From positions 72,974,001 through 73,038,000 of the forward strand of contig OX597820.1 in the NCBI GenBank assembly GCA_951406725.2: a stretch of DNA of 64,000 nt, read 5' to 3'. The notes beneath the pieces were generated by a model. That model was not told the origin of the DNA and made no database searches. It was given only the letters and a program-made list of their open reading frames with translations. The stretch is from Octopus vulgaris. Its lineage: Eukaryota. Below, in pieces: positions 26,965 to 40,909 of this stretch (positions within the stretch are counted from its first letter, which is position 1; each line of letters opens with the position of its first letter). The position numbers were made by a program, and so were the translations under genes.

Positions 26965-27056
26965 ATATATGTGTGTGTATATATATATATAAGTATATAT
27001 GTATATATATATATGTATATATATATGTATATATATATATGTATATATATATATGT

Positions 27057-27139
<83 letters not shown>

Positions 27140-27286
27140 TATGTATGTATATGTATGTATATATATATGTATATATATGTATGTATATCTGTATATATAT
27201 ATATGTATATATATGTATATATATATGTAATGTATATGTATATATATATATATATGCATATATATGTAATGTATATGTATATATAC

Positions 27287-27326
<40 letters not shown>

Positions 27327-27670
27327 GTATATATATATGTATATATATATGTATATGTATATATATGCATATATATATATGTATATATATATGTAATGTA
27401 TATACATATATATGTAATGTATAGGTATGTACGTATATACGTATATGTATATATATATATATATATATTTATGTGTGTGTGTGTAGAAATATATATAATG
27501 TCTATACACACACACACACACATATATATACATACCTATATACATACACGCACATACACATATATATACACACATGTATACGTATATATATATATAATGT
27601 ATGTACGTATATATATATATGTGTGAGTGTGTGTGTGTCTGTGTATGCGTGTATGTATGCATGCATATGT
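26908..27670. repeat. long degenerate (TA)/(TATG) microsatellite
   Basis: Directly visible; source of the Y/I-rich ORFs. Confidence 0.97.
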
Positions 27671-28841
27671 ATGTCAACTATCGTATGCACATTGTTCAGT
27701 TATAAAGACATCAGTATGATAACGAACTGACTGTAAAAACTATTTAAAAAAGTAAGTTTTGCAAGTCTTTTTTTTTTTTGGCTTTTCGTCTTATTTTTAT
27801 GGTGTATCCTTTGTTTTAAACAAGTGAGACAACATTTGCAATTCTTAATTTACTCGTCATTGCAGTCAGTTATTCTAACATGGCTTAATCATATAAACAA
27901 TCTCTGAAGACAAAATAACACAAGCAACCGAATTAATTGCATGACAAGACGTCATCATACTTCAGTTAACAAAGAGAGATTCGAAAATAGATTTATCATG
28001 TATTTACACTAAGACTTGAAAGAAATATAAACGAAATAAAATAATAAACCTTCAGGAAGAGTACACGTGACGAACAAGGGAAAAGAAAAAGAAAAGAGAG
28101 CAGTTTGGAATTGGAAAATTGTTTATGTTAGGGATGAATCGAGAAATAGGATTACATGGGAAATAAGATTTAATCGAAGTAAAAACACAATAAGAGGAAA
28201 GCTAGCTATGTCAGCTAAGCTATCTGGTTTATACTTATTGACACACGGTGATGCATGAAGTTGTGAATTATCTCCTAAATTTAACGCTAAATAAGATGAA
28301 CCACAGCCTGGCCGATAGCGGTCGCTCAATCTATAAGAAATAGCAGTGGAATCTGTTTCCAACCTTACCCGTCCGTCTTACATATACAAAATGTCGTCCG
28401 TCTTACATATACAAAATGTCGTCCAGTTATACTATCCTTTTAATAGCTTCAGCCATTGATCTGCTGCTATGCCGAAGCAACTCTTACAAAGAGTTTATTT
28501 CATTGGGTTCTTTATTCTATTGGTATTATCTAGTTTAAGGTATTGAGCTGGCAGAATCGTTATCATGCCGGGCAAAATGCTTAGCGGTGTTTCGTCCGTC
28601 TTTGAATTCTTAGTTCAAATTCTCCCGAGGTCGACTTTGTCTTTCATCCTTTTGGGGTCGATAAATTGAGTATCAGTTGAATACTAGGGCCGACGTACTC
28701 GAATTGCCCACTTCCACTGAAATTGCTGGCCTTCTGCCAAAATTTGAAATCACTATTATTGTCTTTTTTTTTTTTTTTGAATGATTAAGTTATATCATCG
28801 AATGATTAAGATGCGTAAAAAGACACACCACGACGGTGCGT

Positions 28842-28873
<32 letters not shown>

Positions 28874-28887
28874 TTCTTTTTCGGTAG

Positions 28888-28931
28888 GTACAAACACAGG
28901 CACGCCTGCTGCATGAAAAGCTAGCAGTAAA
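28888..28931 (+). CDS. candidate small coding exon (VQTQARLLHEKLAV-K)
   Basis: TTTCTTTTTCGGTAG acceptor, AA|GTGAGT donor, one open frame; splices in frame to the strong acceptor at 29111. No homology evidence. Confidence 0.35.
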
Positions 28932-29111
28932 GTGAGTGACGAAATAAAATTTAAGAACTAATAGCACAACACAACAAATATTGAAATACCAGGGTTCAAA
29001 CTAAAGAATAGTATCTAAAAGACAACTTAATGAATAAATAACTAAATGAAAATTCTCGTCAGTGTAATTAATGAAAAATAAATTACTTTTTGTTCTTATT
29101 TTTCCTTGCAG

Positions 29112-29124
29112 AGTAACCTGTTGA
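29112..29124 (+). CDS. candidate terminal coding exon (K)VTC-stop
   Basis: Long polypyrimidine tract TTTTTGTTCTTATTTTTCCTTGCAG; ATTAAA downstream. Confidence 0.3.
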
Positions 29125-29335
29125 GCAGAAATCCTCTCTTCTCAAATTACTTTTTATAATTAAAACAGGAATGTTTCTCATGGATTAAACTCTTGAATGC
29201 ATTCGATTAGATTAAGTGTTTGCTGATGTTGAGGCAATGAATATATTCAGAGTATATACCTAATCTCCGAGCTAAAATTATAAACATACTTATCAGTTGC
29301 AACTGGAAAAAAATTGTCTGTTTAAAAATTATTTA

Positions 29336-29730
29336 GGCGCTGGCGTGGCAGTGTGGTAAGAAGTTTGCTTCCCAGCCACATGGTTCTGGGTTCAGTCCCA
29401 CTACATGGTACCTTGAGCAAGTGTCTTCTACTGTAGCCTCGGTCCGACCAAAGCCTTGTGAGTGGATTTGGTAGACGGAAACTGGAAGAAGCCCGTCGTG
29501 TATATATATATGTGTGTGTGTGAGTGTGTGTATGTGTGTGTGCCTGTGTTTGCCCCCCACCACTGCATGACAACCGGTGTTGGTGTGTAACTTAGCGGTT
29601 CGGCAAATGAAATCGATAGGATAAATATCTGCCTTAAAAAAAAGTACTGGGGTCGATTAGTTCAGCTAACATTTTTTCAAGGCACTGCTCCAGCGTGGCC
29701 GCAGTCTAATAACTGAAACAAGTAAAAGAT
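29336..29730 (+). mobile_element. SINE family B
   Basis: Full-length colinear copy. Confidence 0.9.
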
Positions 29731-29864
29731 GAAGAGAAACAATGACAGGAACAATATGTCAAATTAGAAATCTTTGTCGTTAATATGGTACTTCCAGTGT
29801 GGATGAAATAATGTATATGAGTCAGGTTCATCTGTTGTACCTCTTATCAACGTAATATTAGTCT

Positions 29865-30385
29865 AAGGCAGTAAGCTGGCTGAAACGGTAGCACGCCGGG
29901 CGAAATGCTTAGCGGTATATCGTCTGTCTTTACATACTGAGTTCAAATTCCGCCGAGGTCGACTTTGCCCTTCATCCTTTCGGGGTCGATAAATTAAGTA
30001 CCAGCGGACTCACGGTCGAGGGATCGCAGGTTCGAATCTCAGACCGGGTGATGTGTGTGTTTATGAGCGAAACACTTAAACTCCAAGCGGCTCCAGCAGA
30101 AGGTAATGGCGAACTTCTGCTGACTCTTTCACCACAACTTTCTCTCACTCTTTCCTTCTCCATCTTGCAGCTCACCTACGACGGACCGGCTTCCCGTCCA
30201 GGTGGGGAACCTCTACGCCAAGGAAACCGGGAAACCGGCCCTATGAACTAGGCATGACTTGAGAAGGAACAAACAACAAATTAAGTACCAGCTACGCACT
30301 GGGGTCGATGTAATCGACTTAATCCCTTTGTCTGTCCTTGTTTGTCCCCTCTATGTTTAGGCCACTGTGTGCAATAAAGAAATAA
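29865..30385 (+). mobile_element. SINE family A containing a nested SINE
   Basis: A sequence resumes after the duplicated AAATTAAGTACCAGC. Confidence 0.9.
30006..30277 (+). mobile_element. SINE related to family D (shared head and body, different tail) with 15-bp TSD
   Basis: TSD AAATTAAGTACCAGC at 29991-30005 and 30278-30292; B box GGTTCGAATCTC. Confidence 0.9.
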
Positions 30386-30931
30386 ATATATTATTAGTCT
30401 AGTAAAGAGGTGAGCAAGCAGAATGGTTAGCACGCCGGGCAAAGTGCTTAGCGGCATTTTGTCTGTCTTTATATTCTGAGTTCAAATTCTGCCGAGGTCA
30501 GCTGCACCTTTCATCCTTTCGGGGTCGATAAAATAAGTATCATTTGAACACAGGGGGTCGATGTAATTGACTTTACCCCTCCCCCAGAATTGCTGGTCTT
30601 GTACCAAAATTTGAACCCCAAATCAGCCCCTTTCAACTTTGTGAAGATATGGACACAGAATGTAGTGTAGTATGACCCATAAGGCCGATCACCCGGTGTA
30701 TAAGTGACAGAGAGAACAACATTTCCCCCAACAACTGGACGCCTACCTTTGCGGAGAAGGGAAAGTCGATTACATCGACCCTAAAACCCGAATGGAACGT
30801 TATTTTATTGAACATGAAAGGCTGGAAGGCAAAGACGACCTCGGTGCGATTTGAACTCAGAATATGAAGAAAAGCATTTTGCCCGATGTGCTAACGATTC
30901 AGCCAACTCACCGCTCTAAAATTACGATACA

Positions 30932-31107
30932 CAGTAAACTTCCCGCAATAGGTGAAAATCCGCGAAGTAGAAACAGTACTGTATATATATGTTTTTAATT
31001 ATTTTTATAAATTGTATATATTTATTTTATTATAAATGCAAAACAACACCACAGAAGAATTGACGTAAGCTTAAATAATAAACCGCGATATGGCGAATGA
31101 TTACTGT
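30932..31107. mobile_element. pogo/Tigger-like MITE remnant
   Basis: CAGTAAAC...GATTACTG termini with TA on the right; imperfect inverted ends. Confidence 0.45.
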
Positions 31108-31109
31108 AT

Positions 31110-33830
31110 TCCTTTCTACTACAGGCACAAGTGTATGACATTTTGTGGTAGGACGATACTCGATTACATCGATACCAGTTTCCGGCTGCTATTTATTTCA
31201 TCGACCCCGAAAGTGATGAAACATAAAGTCGACCTCAGCGGAATTTGAACTCAGAACGTAAAACGAACGAAATGCTGCTAAGCCGTTCGTCTGAAGTGTT
31301 AACGATTCTGCCAGCTCGCCACTTTATATTTTGATATATTCTTTTCTACTCTAGGCACAAAGCCCGAAATTTTGGGGGTGTGGGACCAGTCGATTAGATC
31401 GACCCCAGTACGCAACTGTTACTTAATTTATCGACACCGAAAGCATGAAAGGCAAAGTCGACCTTGGCGGAATTTGAACTCAGAACGTAAAGACAGACGA
31501 AATACCGCTAAGCATTTCGCCTGGCATGCTAACAATTCTGCTAGCTCAGCGCCTTATACTATGATATATTATAAGGCATTTACTATGGTACTGTACTGTT
31601 TCTCTAAAGTTTCGGTCTTGAAATATAATTTCGATTTCAATAGTATCATTTGTATCTAAGATGGTAACTACAATAGAAAAAAATATATTTTGTTGCGAAA
31701 CGCATCAATGTCAAATTATCTTTTTACAACCTACTTCCGGTTCATGAATAAGAGGCAATAATAGTATAAGGCGGTGAGCTGGCAGAAACGTTAGCACGCC
31801 GGGCGAAATGCTTAGCAGTATTTCGTCTGCCATTACGTTCTGAGTTCAAATTCCGCCGAGGTCGACTTTGCCTTTCATCCTTTCGGGGTCGATAAATTAA
31901 GTACCAGTTAGCCACTGGGATCGATGTAATCGACTTAATCCATTTGTCTGTCCTTGTTTCGTCTTCTCTGTGTTTATCCCCTTGTGGGCAGTAAAGAAAT
32001 AAGCATTTCAGCTGTCTTTACGTTCTGAGTTTAAATTCCGCCGAGGTCGACTTTGCCTTTCATCCTTTCGGGGTCGATAAATTAAGTACCAGTTAGCCAC
32101 TGGGATCGATGTAATCGACTCCCCCAACACTCCAAATTGCTGGTCTAGCGTCAAAATTTGAAGTCTGTGAAATAATTGTTTAGGGCGGCGAGCTGGCAGA
32201 AACGTTAGCACGCCGGGCGAGATGCTTAGCAGTATTTCATCTGCAGTTACGTTCTGAGTTCAAATTCCGCCGAGGTAGACTTTGCCTTTCATCCTTTCGG
32301 GGTCGATAAATTAAGTACCAGTTACGCACTGTGGTCGATGTAATCGACTTAATCCGTTTGTCCTCTCTGTGTTTAGCCTCTTGTGGGTAGTAAAGAAATA
32401 GGTATTTCGTCTGCCGCTACGTTCTGCGTTCAAATTCCGCCGAGGTAGACTTTGCTTTTCATCCTTTTGGGGTCGATGAAATAAGTACCAGTTAAGCACT
32501 GAGGTCTATGTAATCGATTAGCTCCTTTCCTCCAAAATTTTCAAGGTCTTGTGCCTCAATTAAAAACAATATAGGTACCAGCTGAGCACTGGGGTCGATG
32601 TAATCGACTTCGCCGCCTCGTAATCGCTAGTCTTGCACCAAAATTTAAAACCAATAATATAATACGCTTCTTTTTATCGATCGATCGTTTAATTGTACCC
32701 TCTCTTACGCAAACCGGTTTCTACCAAACCTCTGCTTTTTGTCCATTTCCGTGTACTTTGCAGCTCTACTCATTTTAGCAATTAAATATTTTTGTCAATA
32801 AACTTACTACATGAGGCATCTTTTCATAAACCGGAAACGAATGAATAAATCTACAGCAATAATCTGGACGAAAGTTTGCATTTCAGGGGTATTTATACAT
32901 ATGTGTATAACAAGTATAACAAGGGAAGCACAAATAATACAAAGGCAGAGTAAACTGCATACATAATAATAATTTTCTTCTCTAGGCACATGGCCTGAAA
33001 TATCAGGAGAGGGTAAAGTCGATCACATTGATTCCTGTACTTGACTGGTGCTTAATTTATCGACTTCGACAGGATGAAAGGCAAAGTCGAACTTGCGGGA
33101 ATTTGAACTCAGAACTTAGCGACTGACGAAAAACCGCTAAGCATTCTTTTCTACTCTAGGCACAAGGCCCGAAATTTTTGCAACTGGTGCTTAATTTATC
33201 GAAAGGAAGAAAGGCAAAGTCACCTTCGGCGGAACTTGAACTCAGAACGTAAAGACAGACGAAATGCTGTTAAGCATTTCGCCCGGCGTGCTAACGTTTC
33301 TGCCAGTTCGCTGCCTTTCGTGTCACTCTGTATTGGTTTCAAGTTTTGGCACATGGTGGTTAGCAATTTCTGGAGAGAGGTTAAGTCAATTATATCGACT
33401 CCAGTGCTCATCTGGTGCTTGTTTTATCGACTCCGATAAGATGAAAGGCAAAGTCGACTTCGGCGGAATTTGAACTCAGAATATAAAGACGGACATAATA
33501 CCGCTAAGCTTTTAGCGCAGCGTGCTAACAATTCTTCCAACTCACCTTCTTTCGCCAGTTACTACAAAAACGATAATAAATCGTTTATGTAGATCGACTC
33601 CAGTGCGTAACTGGTACTTAATTTATCGACCCCGAAAGGGTGAAATGCAAAGTCGACTACGGCGGAATTTGAACTCAAAACGTATAGACAGACGAAATAC
33701 AGCTAAGCATTTCGCCCGGCGTGCTAACGTCTTTGCTGCCAGATCGCCGCCTTCATTAAAACGGACGAAATACTACTAAGCATTTTGTCCAGCGTGCTAA
33801 CGATTCAGGCAGGTTCGCCGTCCTACTGCA
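31110..33830. mobile_element. dense cluster of at least ten whole or partial SINE A copies in both orientations
   Basis: Repeated GAGTTCAAATTCCGCCGAGGTCGACTTTGCCTTTCATCCTTTCGGGGTCGATAAATTAAGTACC blocks (+ at 31768-32650, - at 31110-31553 and 32975-33830). Confidence 0.93.
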
Positions 33831-34089
33831 TACATAATAATGACTGGAAGAATAGAAATCATACATAATAACGGTTTCGAATTTTATCATAAGACCAGCA
33901 ATTTTAGGCAAGGGCTCGACTGATAATTTTTTATCTACTCCGAAAGAAGAAAAAGCAAAGTCGACCTGAACAGGAATTGAGCTCAGCATGTAAAGAACCG
34001 GAGGAAATACCACTAAGCCTATTTTTTTTTCCGACGCACTAATGATTCTGTCAAGTAACCACCCTTCGTCGGCTTCTACATGAATGATA

Positions 34090-34477
34090 GTGGAGGCGCA
34101 ATGGCCCAGTGGTTATGGCAGCGGACTCGCGGTCGTAGGATCGTGGTTTCGATTCCCAGACCGGGCGTTGTGAGTGTTTATTGAGCGAAAACACCTAAAG
34201 CTCCACGAGCTCCGGCAGGGCATGGTGGTGATCCCTGCTGTACTCTTTCACCACAACTTTCTCCCACACTTACTTCCTGTTTCTGTTGTACCTGTATTTC
34301 AAAGGGCCGGTCTTGTCACTCTCTCTGTGTCACGCTGAATATCCCCGAGAACTACGTTAAGGGTACACGTGTCTGTGGAGTGCTCAGCCACTTACACGTT
34401 AATTTCACGAGCAGGCTGTTCCGTTGGTCGGATCAACAGAAACCCTCATCGTCGTAACCGACGGAGTGCTTCCATCC
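34090..34477 (+). mobile_element. SINE family D, full length with 12-bp TSD
   Basis: A box TGGCCCAGTGG, B box GTTTCGATTCCC; TSD ACATGAATGATA at 34078-34089 and 34478-34489; second copy at 47418-47792 (-). Confidence 0.93.
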
Positions 34478-36079
34478 ACATGAATGATAATAAATATGAT
34501 CTGCAAACTAAGTTCGTGTCACACTATATTCTTTTCTACTCTAGGTACAAGACCCAAAATTTGGGTGGGGTGGGGGAGGGGGCAAGTCGATTACATCGAT
34601 CCCAGCAACTGATGCTTAATTTATGGAAAACAAAGTCGATCTCGGTAGAATTTGAACTCAGAACGTAAAGATAGATGAAATGCTACTAAGCATTTCGTCA
34701 GGCGAAACAATACATCTCAGAGTTGTAAAATAAGGCATTTTGAAACTACATATACATCAGCAACAAAAAGCTAGCTGCGAACTCGCTGTGCACCGGCGCA
34801 CTTTATGTGTAAATAAAACACTGATGTCGAGCAAACGAATAAATATATGTAAATAATATTTCTTCCTCCTTGGTGCTGATTCTTCGATGGTGTTGATTCT
34901 TCGAACAGAGTAGTGACATTTAGTAAAGATAAACTGGAAGTTGTTCCCTTTCGATCACTATCATAAACAGCAGTAGTTTTCTTCATCCGAATACACGTCG
35001 TTGATTGGTTGAAATTAGCAAAATACGACAACTTTAACACGAAATAACTTCTAAAATACGAAATTTTGTCAAAAACGTTCAGAGTTAACTGTGTTCTACA
35101 TGAGAAATTCTACCAGTATTCGAAGTTTCAAACTGTTTAGTTAAAAGAAATTAATTAAAAGATCTATGATTGAGATGGAATAGAACCAGTTGTTCTTGGA
35201 AAGAAGGTGATATAAAAACTTACAAAATTTAGCCCGAACACCCGGTGTATATATCAATCAGTTCCCATCAACCAAATTCATTTACAAGGAATTGGTCGGC
35301 CAGGGACTCAAGTAGAAAACACTTACCGAAAATCCCGCGCAGTGGGACTGAATCCGAAACCACGTGATTGCAAAACAAGTTTCTTAACCACGCCGCCATG
35401 TCTGCGACTATCTTGTTAAAAAAACAAAAACAAAAGAAGTACAAAAATTCATCAAAAATGTTCTTCTTTAGAAGTCAGTTGTAATTTAGGTTGTTGATAA
35501 CCTGCTATTATAGCAAATATATTAGTTTCTATTGAGTGAGGATAAATGGAAAAGAGTGACGTTTACGCCTTCAAAGTGTATTAACATCCTAATGGAAGTA
35601 AAATAGCTGCAAGCGAAAATCGAAACGAATATGACTCACCTCCTTAGCTTCACAGCGCTCACCAAATAAAATAGCCTCTACATGGTTGTTCAACCCGCTA
35701 AAAATAGTAGCTAATTTTTTCCATACGCCAACCGCTATGAGATTACAATGCATTAAAAAGAGAAAGATATATTGGGTAATATAGTTCTTTGAGTGGAATG
35801 GGCAAGACTGGCATGTCTTTCACGATAGGAGGCTTGCTCGAATAGCGCGATAAGCTAGGGATAAACAGCAAAAATAGATCTCGAAGGTGTGTCAAAAAAT
35901 TAATTAAAGGAACTTAATAAAGATAAAAAAGAAAATTAACTTGGTGATGAAAGTTATATTTTGACTTAATATTTACAATTGGTTAATTAGCAAAGAATTC
36001 GATTCCGCCAGAAAATATAGATTCAAAGCTAACTATTCATAGGAAACTAGTAAGGGAACCGGGAAATGCAAAATAGCCA

Positions 36080-36189
<110 letters not shown>

Positions 36190-36499
36190 TGAGAGAGATG
36201 CATACATCATATATACATACATGTATGCACAAACACACATATACATATATAGACATGCGCACACACGCACGCATATATGTAAACACTACGTGGGAAATAG
36301 TTTATGTTCAACAAGTGAAACCTAATAACAGAAATCAATATAATGAAACGAACCCAGGAAATACCAATTACTTTAATCGATAGTATTTTGGGGACAGCGT
36401 TTGCAAATTCTATAACGAACAATAAATACTACCTTTGTATCTATATGACTAACTATACAATACATACATCCCCCCCCCACATAACTAGCTATGAATGCA

Positions 36500-36560
36500 T
36501 ATATGCATGAATGTGTATATATATATACGTATATGTGTAGTGTAGATATATATGTAGATA

Positions 36561-36608
<48 letters not shown>

Positions 36609-36799
36609 AATATATACTTATATATGTATATATATATATGTACATTTAATATATATATATGTATATATATTTGTATATATATGTGTGTAGATATGTATAC
36701 GTATATATGTATCCGTATATATACATACATTATATATATATACACATACATTATATATATATATACATTATATATACATATATATATATACATATATTG

Positions 36800-36833
<34 letters not shown>

Positions 36834-36938
36834 CATATGTTTAAACACACACACACATATATATATACATATGTTTAAATACACACGCACACACATATAT
36901 GTAACTTATACGCACACACACACACACACACACACACC
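36500..36938. repeat. (TA)/(CA)-rich microsatellite block
   Basis: Directly visible. Confidence 0.95.
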
Positions 36939-36945
36939 AACTTAC

Positions 36946-37048
36946 CAGCAATAGTTACTATAATGGGAATATTATCGATCATTGCTACTCTAAGGCCCAC
37001 AGTGTGGCAATGTTTCCAACTGCAGTTGGTGCTTGTTGACGGATATAC
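36946..37048 (-). other. candidate 103-nt exon
   Basis: Minus strand TTCTTTTCGCTTCAG acceptor and CTG|GTAAGT donor; one open frame VYPSTSTNCSWKHCHTVGLRVAMIDNIPIIVTIA; non-repetitive sequence. Confidence 0.45.
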
Positions 37049-37599
37049 CTGAAGCGAAAAGAACTACTCAAGCAGTCAACATGTATTATGTATAGAAATA
37101 TTGAAATAATGAAATATGGGTCGATCAGCCGTGAACGAGAGGGTTAGGGGTTAGAGTTGGGATTAGAGAAGTGGATGGTTGTGGAAATAACAATGTTTGA
37201 TTCTGCTGTGCAATTGGTCTTCAATATTTCCTATGACTCAGTTACCCCCGTAGGGATACATGCAATAAAAATAGCAGTTTCGACCGCAGCCGCAATTAAG
37301 TGTAGTACAGGCAGTGTTGTGTTCGAAGCAATTCAATAACTACAGAAAAATGACCAATAAAACAATAAGTGTCCATGAGAATAGTTTTAATAATAGTAAC
37401 GGTGCTAACGTTTTCTCAGACTCAGATATAGGGTGACACGAATTTAGTTGGCAGTTCATATTTATTATCGTTTATGGAGAGACTGGGTTTAGGATGGTGA
37501 GTTGGGAGAGCAGAGGTGTCGATGTAATGGATTTAACCCCTTCCTCAGAAATTGCTGACCACCATGTGCCAAAACTTGAAACCAATATAAAGTGACACG

Positions 37600-37865
37600 A
37601 AAGGCGGCGAGCTGGCAGAAACGTTAGCAGGCCGGGCGAAATGCGTAGCCGTATTTCGTCTGCCGTTACGTTCTGTGTTCAAATTCCGCCGAGGTCGACT
37701 TTGCCTTTCATCCTTCCGGGGTCGATTAAATAAGTACCTTTCACTGGGGTCGATATAATCGACTTAATCCATTTGTCTGTCCATGTTTGTCCCTTCTGTG
37801 TTTAGCCCCTTGTGGGTAGTAAAGAAATAGGTATTTCGTCTGCCGTTACGTTCTGAGTTCAAATT
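37600..37865 (+). mobile_element. SINE family A plus start of a second copy at the GGTA junction
   Basis: AAAGAAATA|GGTATTTCGTCTG at ~37821-37842. Confidence 0.9.
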
Positions 37866-38199
37866 TAGCCTTCTCTGTACCACGCCCCTGTACCACTCAG
37901 GCGGCAACCTTCCAGCCCACGGGTCTATTTGTGTTGACGTTGCTAAAGGTCGTTTTACAAGTTGAGAGTGCAAATCCCGAACTCAACCTTTTTATGACAC
38001 GCAAAGGAAATGTTGGGTCTATTCTTTGACATGTCGCACCCCTACACACGCACGCACGCACACACACACACACACGCACACATACACACACACACGGCAC
38101 TAGAGCAACGTAAATTAAAGTGTTTCACTCAAGAAAACACACTGCCCACTCTGGGAACCGAACCCATGATCTGACAATCGTGAGTACAACATCCTAACC

Positions 38200-39232
38200 A
38201 CTAGTTGTTTCAAATTTTGGTACGGGGCCAGCAAATTTCGAAGAGAGGTGAAGCTGATTTCATCGACCACAGTATATGACTGGTACTAATTTTAAGTCCC
38301 CCGAAAGGGTGAAGAGACGAAATACCGGTCAGCATTTTGTCCAGCGTTTTCTCCGGTATGTTATCGATTCTGGCAGCTCGCTGCATTTATGACAACCACA
38401 ATGATCCTTTCTACTATAGGCAAAAGGCCTGAAATTTCTTAGGGGACAGAGCTTGTCAATTACATTGATCCCGGTATTTAACTGATACCTATTTCATCGA
38501 TCCCGAAGGGACGGAAGGCAAATGCGACTGCATTAGAAATTGGAGTCAGAGCATAGAAACGGACGAAATACCAGTAAACTTTCTGTCCGGCATGCTAACG
38601 ATTCTTTTATACTCTAGGCACAAGGCCCGAAATTTTGGGGGAGGGAGTCAATCAATTAGATCGACCCAGTATACAACTGGTACATAATTTATCGACCCCG
38701 AAAGGATGAAAGGCAAAGTCGAACTCGGCGGAATTTGAACTCAGAACGTAGCGGCAGACGAAATACCTATTTGTTTACTACCCACAAGGGGCTAAACACA
38801 GAGAGGACAAACAAGGACAGACAACCGGATTAAGTCGATTATATCGACCCCAGTGTGTAACTGGTACTTAATTTATCGACACCGAAAGGATGAAAGACAA
38901 AGTCTACCTCGGCGGACTTTGAACTCAGAACGTAGCAGCAGACGAAACACCGATAAGCATTTCGCCCGGCGTGCTAACGTTTCTACCAGCTCGTCATTTT
39001 TATGAGAACTATGATATGATAATCCTGTCTTCTATGGGCACAAGGACTGAAATTTGGTGGAAGCGGGGTGGTAGTCGTTCACATCGACCCCAGTACTCAA
39101 CTGGTACTGAATTTATCGACTCCGAAAAAGACAGAAGGCAAAGTCGACATCGGTGAAATTTGAACTCAGAACGTAAGAACTGCTGCTGAGCACTTCGCCC
39201 CGCATGTTAACGATTGTGCCAGCTCGTCACCT
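38200..39232 (-). mobile_element. tandem cluster of SINE A copies
   Basis: About five repeats of the A head and central block, with a GGTA junction at ~38765. Confidence 0.9.
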
Positions 39233-39836
39233 TTATGAGAACTGTAATAATAAATTATTATACTATTTCAAAAACACAAAGCACCCTCTCAGTATTAGTG
39301 AACCACAGCTGGCTTTTCTCCAGTTACACTTTACTCATAAGATACTTGACTCTCAGACAAAAATATAGATTTAACCTCTAAAGAAAATCAAAGAATTTGG
39401 ATATCTCAGACAACAAAATAGATTTAAGCACTGAAGAAAATTTAAGAAATTGGATATTTTCAAAACACCAGTTTCCTACTAAACAACGAATACAAAATCT
39501 AGTTAAAGTGGTATCGTTCGTTCATTCATTGTTAAGTAGTTTTCCAAGACATGGAAACACGAAAATCCGATTAACTGGAGGTATCAAGTATATTTGGTAA
39601 GTTATAAAAATAATACCAATATATTAAAGAAATCAGATAGAAAAAAATTCGTGCGAATGGAATTTATAAAGAAACTGAAATAAAGTTTTAGGCGCAGGTA
39701 TAGCTCGCTTTGCAATCATATGATTTCGAGTTCAGACCCACTGCACAGCACCTTGGACAAGTATCTTCTATTTTACGCTACAGCCGACCAAATGGGCGTT
39801 TAAACAAGACACGTGTGACATCGATGATATATATAT

Positions 39837-39868
<32 letters not shown>

Positions 39869-40048
39869 GTTAATAAAATATATGCATATATATAAACATA
39901 TATGTACGTACCTACCTCTACATGTACATATACACGCATATATGTGTACAGGACACCAAAAAGACGTCGAACACATAGAGAGACGAAAAACATAGACACA
40001 AACCAAGGAACAAGACAAGCAAAAAAAGGAGATACAGGACAATATATA

Positions 40049-40272
40049 TATACAAAAATTCTATAATCATAATTATAATTAAGGTTCAGCAAAAATTGCT
40101 TCACCACATACCGAAATTTAGAAATAGCAGCTAACTACTATTCCACTACCATAAGATAACTTATGATAGTGGAATAGTATTTAACTGCTATTTCTAAATT
40201 TCGGTATGTGTTGAAGCAATTTTTGCTGAACCCTAATTATGATTATGCTTATAATTAGAGAATTTTTGTATA
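40049..40272. repeat. long imperfect palindrome (fold-back, ~105-bp arms, tiny loop)
   Basis: TTCAGCAAAAATTGCTTCA..CATACCGAAATTTAGAAATAGCAG mirrored by CTGCTATTTCTAAATTTCGGTATG..TGAAGCAATTTTTGCTGAA. Confidence 0.92.
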
Positions 40273-40366
40273 AGGTTACCGATAATAGTTCTTTTAACAT
40301 ACCGAACTACTTGGTAAAATGATTTATTATTAATTGATTAATTAATTTTACTCTTTTTTATTATTG

Positions 40367-40427
<61 letters not shown>

Positions 40428-40909
40428 GCGTAGATAGACAAATAGACATATTTGCATGTGTGTGTGAACACTCGCGTGCATATATGTTGGTGACGTATTT
40501 TTCACCCCTCACCTCAACAGTCGATAACCGGTGTTCGTTTGTTTACGCCCCCTCCATCCGTAAGTTGATGGATCGGCAAACGACACCAATAGAAAAAGTA
40601 TCAGACTTTAAAATCCAAGTACCCGTGTCGATTAATTCGATTAAAACCCTTCTAGGTGGTGCTCTTGCATGGCTACAGTTCAATGACTGAAACAAGTAAA
40701 TGATTAAAGATTATTAAACATATTTAATGACTTATCAAAGTAAAACCGACAACACTCGACAAAAAAGATGGGCAGAAAAAATTCACTAAAATGAATTTTA
40801 TATGTGTTGAGGAATATTTTACGAAACTAAATCATTCATAATTTTTCTGGAATCTTCTTTTCGGGACTCTGCTGAAACTGGGACACTATTTAAACTTAGT
40901 ATGATAGAA

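Noticed and set aside
26781-27730. Longest ORF in the track (298 aa) and overlapping Y/I-rich ORFs
   Set aside because: (TA)n-derived sequence lacking stop codons; not coding.
28368-28424. 26-bp tandem duplication (similar ones at ~47288 and ~52870)
   Set aside because: Ordinary slippage duplications with no further structure.
31110-33830. CRISPR-like recurrence of a conserved ~60-bp block
   Set aside because: Irregular spacing, both orientations, Pol III boxes, eukaryotic context and no cas genes: a SINE cluster.
34090-34165. tRNA gene candidates at SINE heads (also 13857 and 63459-63525)
   Set aside because: A and B boxes are present but acceptor stems are incomplete and each continues into a repeat body; these are tRNA-derived heads.
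34771-35150. Helitron/DINE-like remnant (also ~26100-26430)
   Set aside because: Only vague terminal similarity; no verifiable termini or second copy in the window.
37139-37167. Telomere-like GGGTTAGGGGTTAG
   Set aside because: Only two or three degenerate units; not an interstitial telomeric array.
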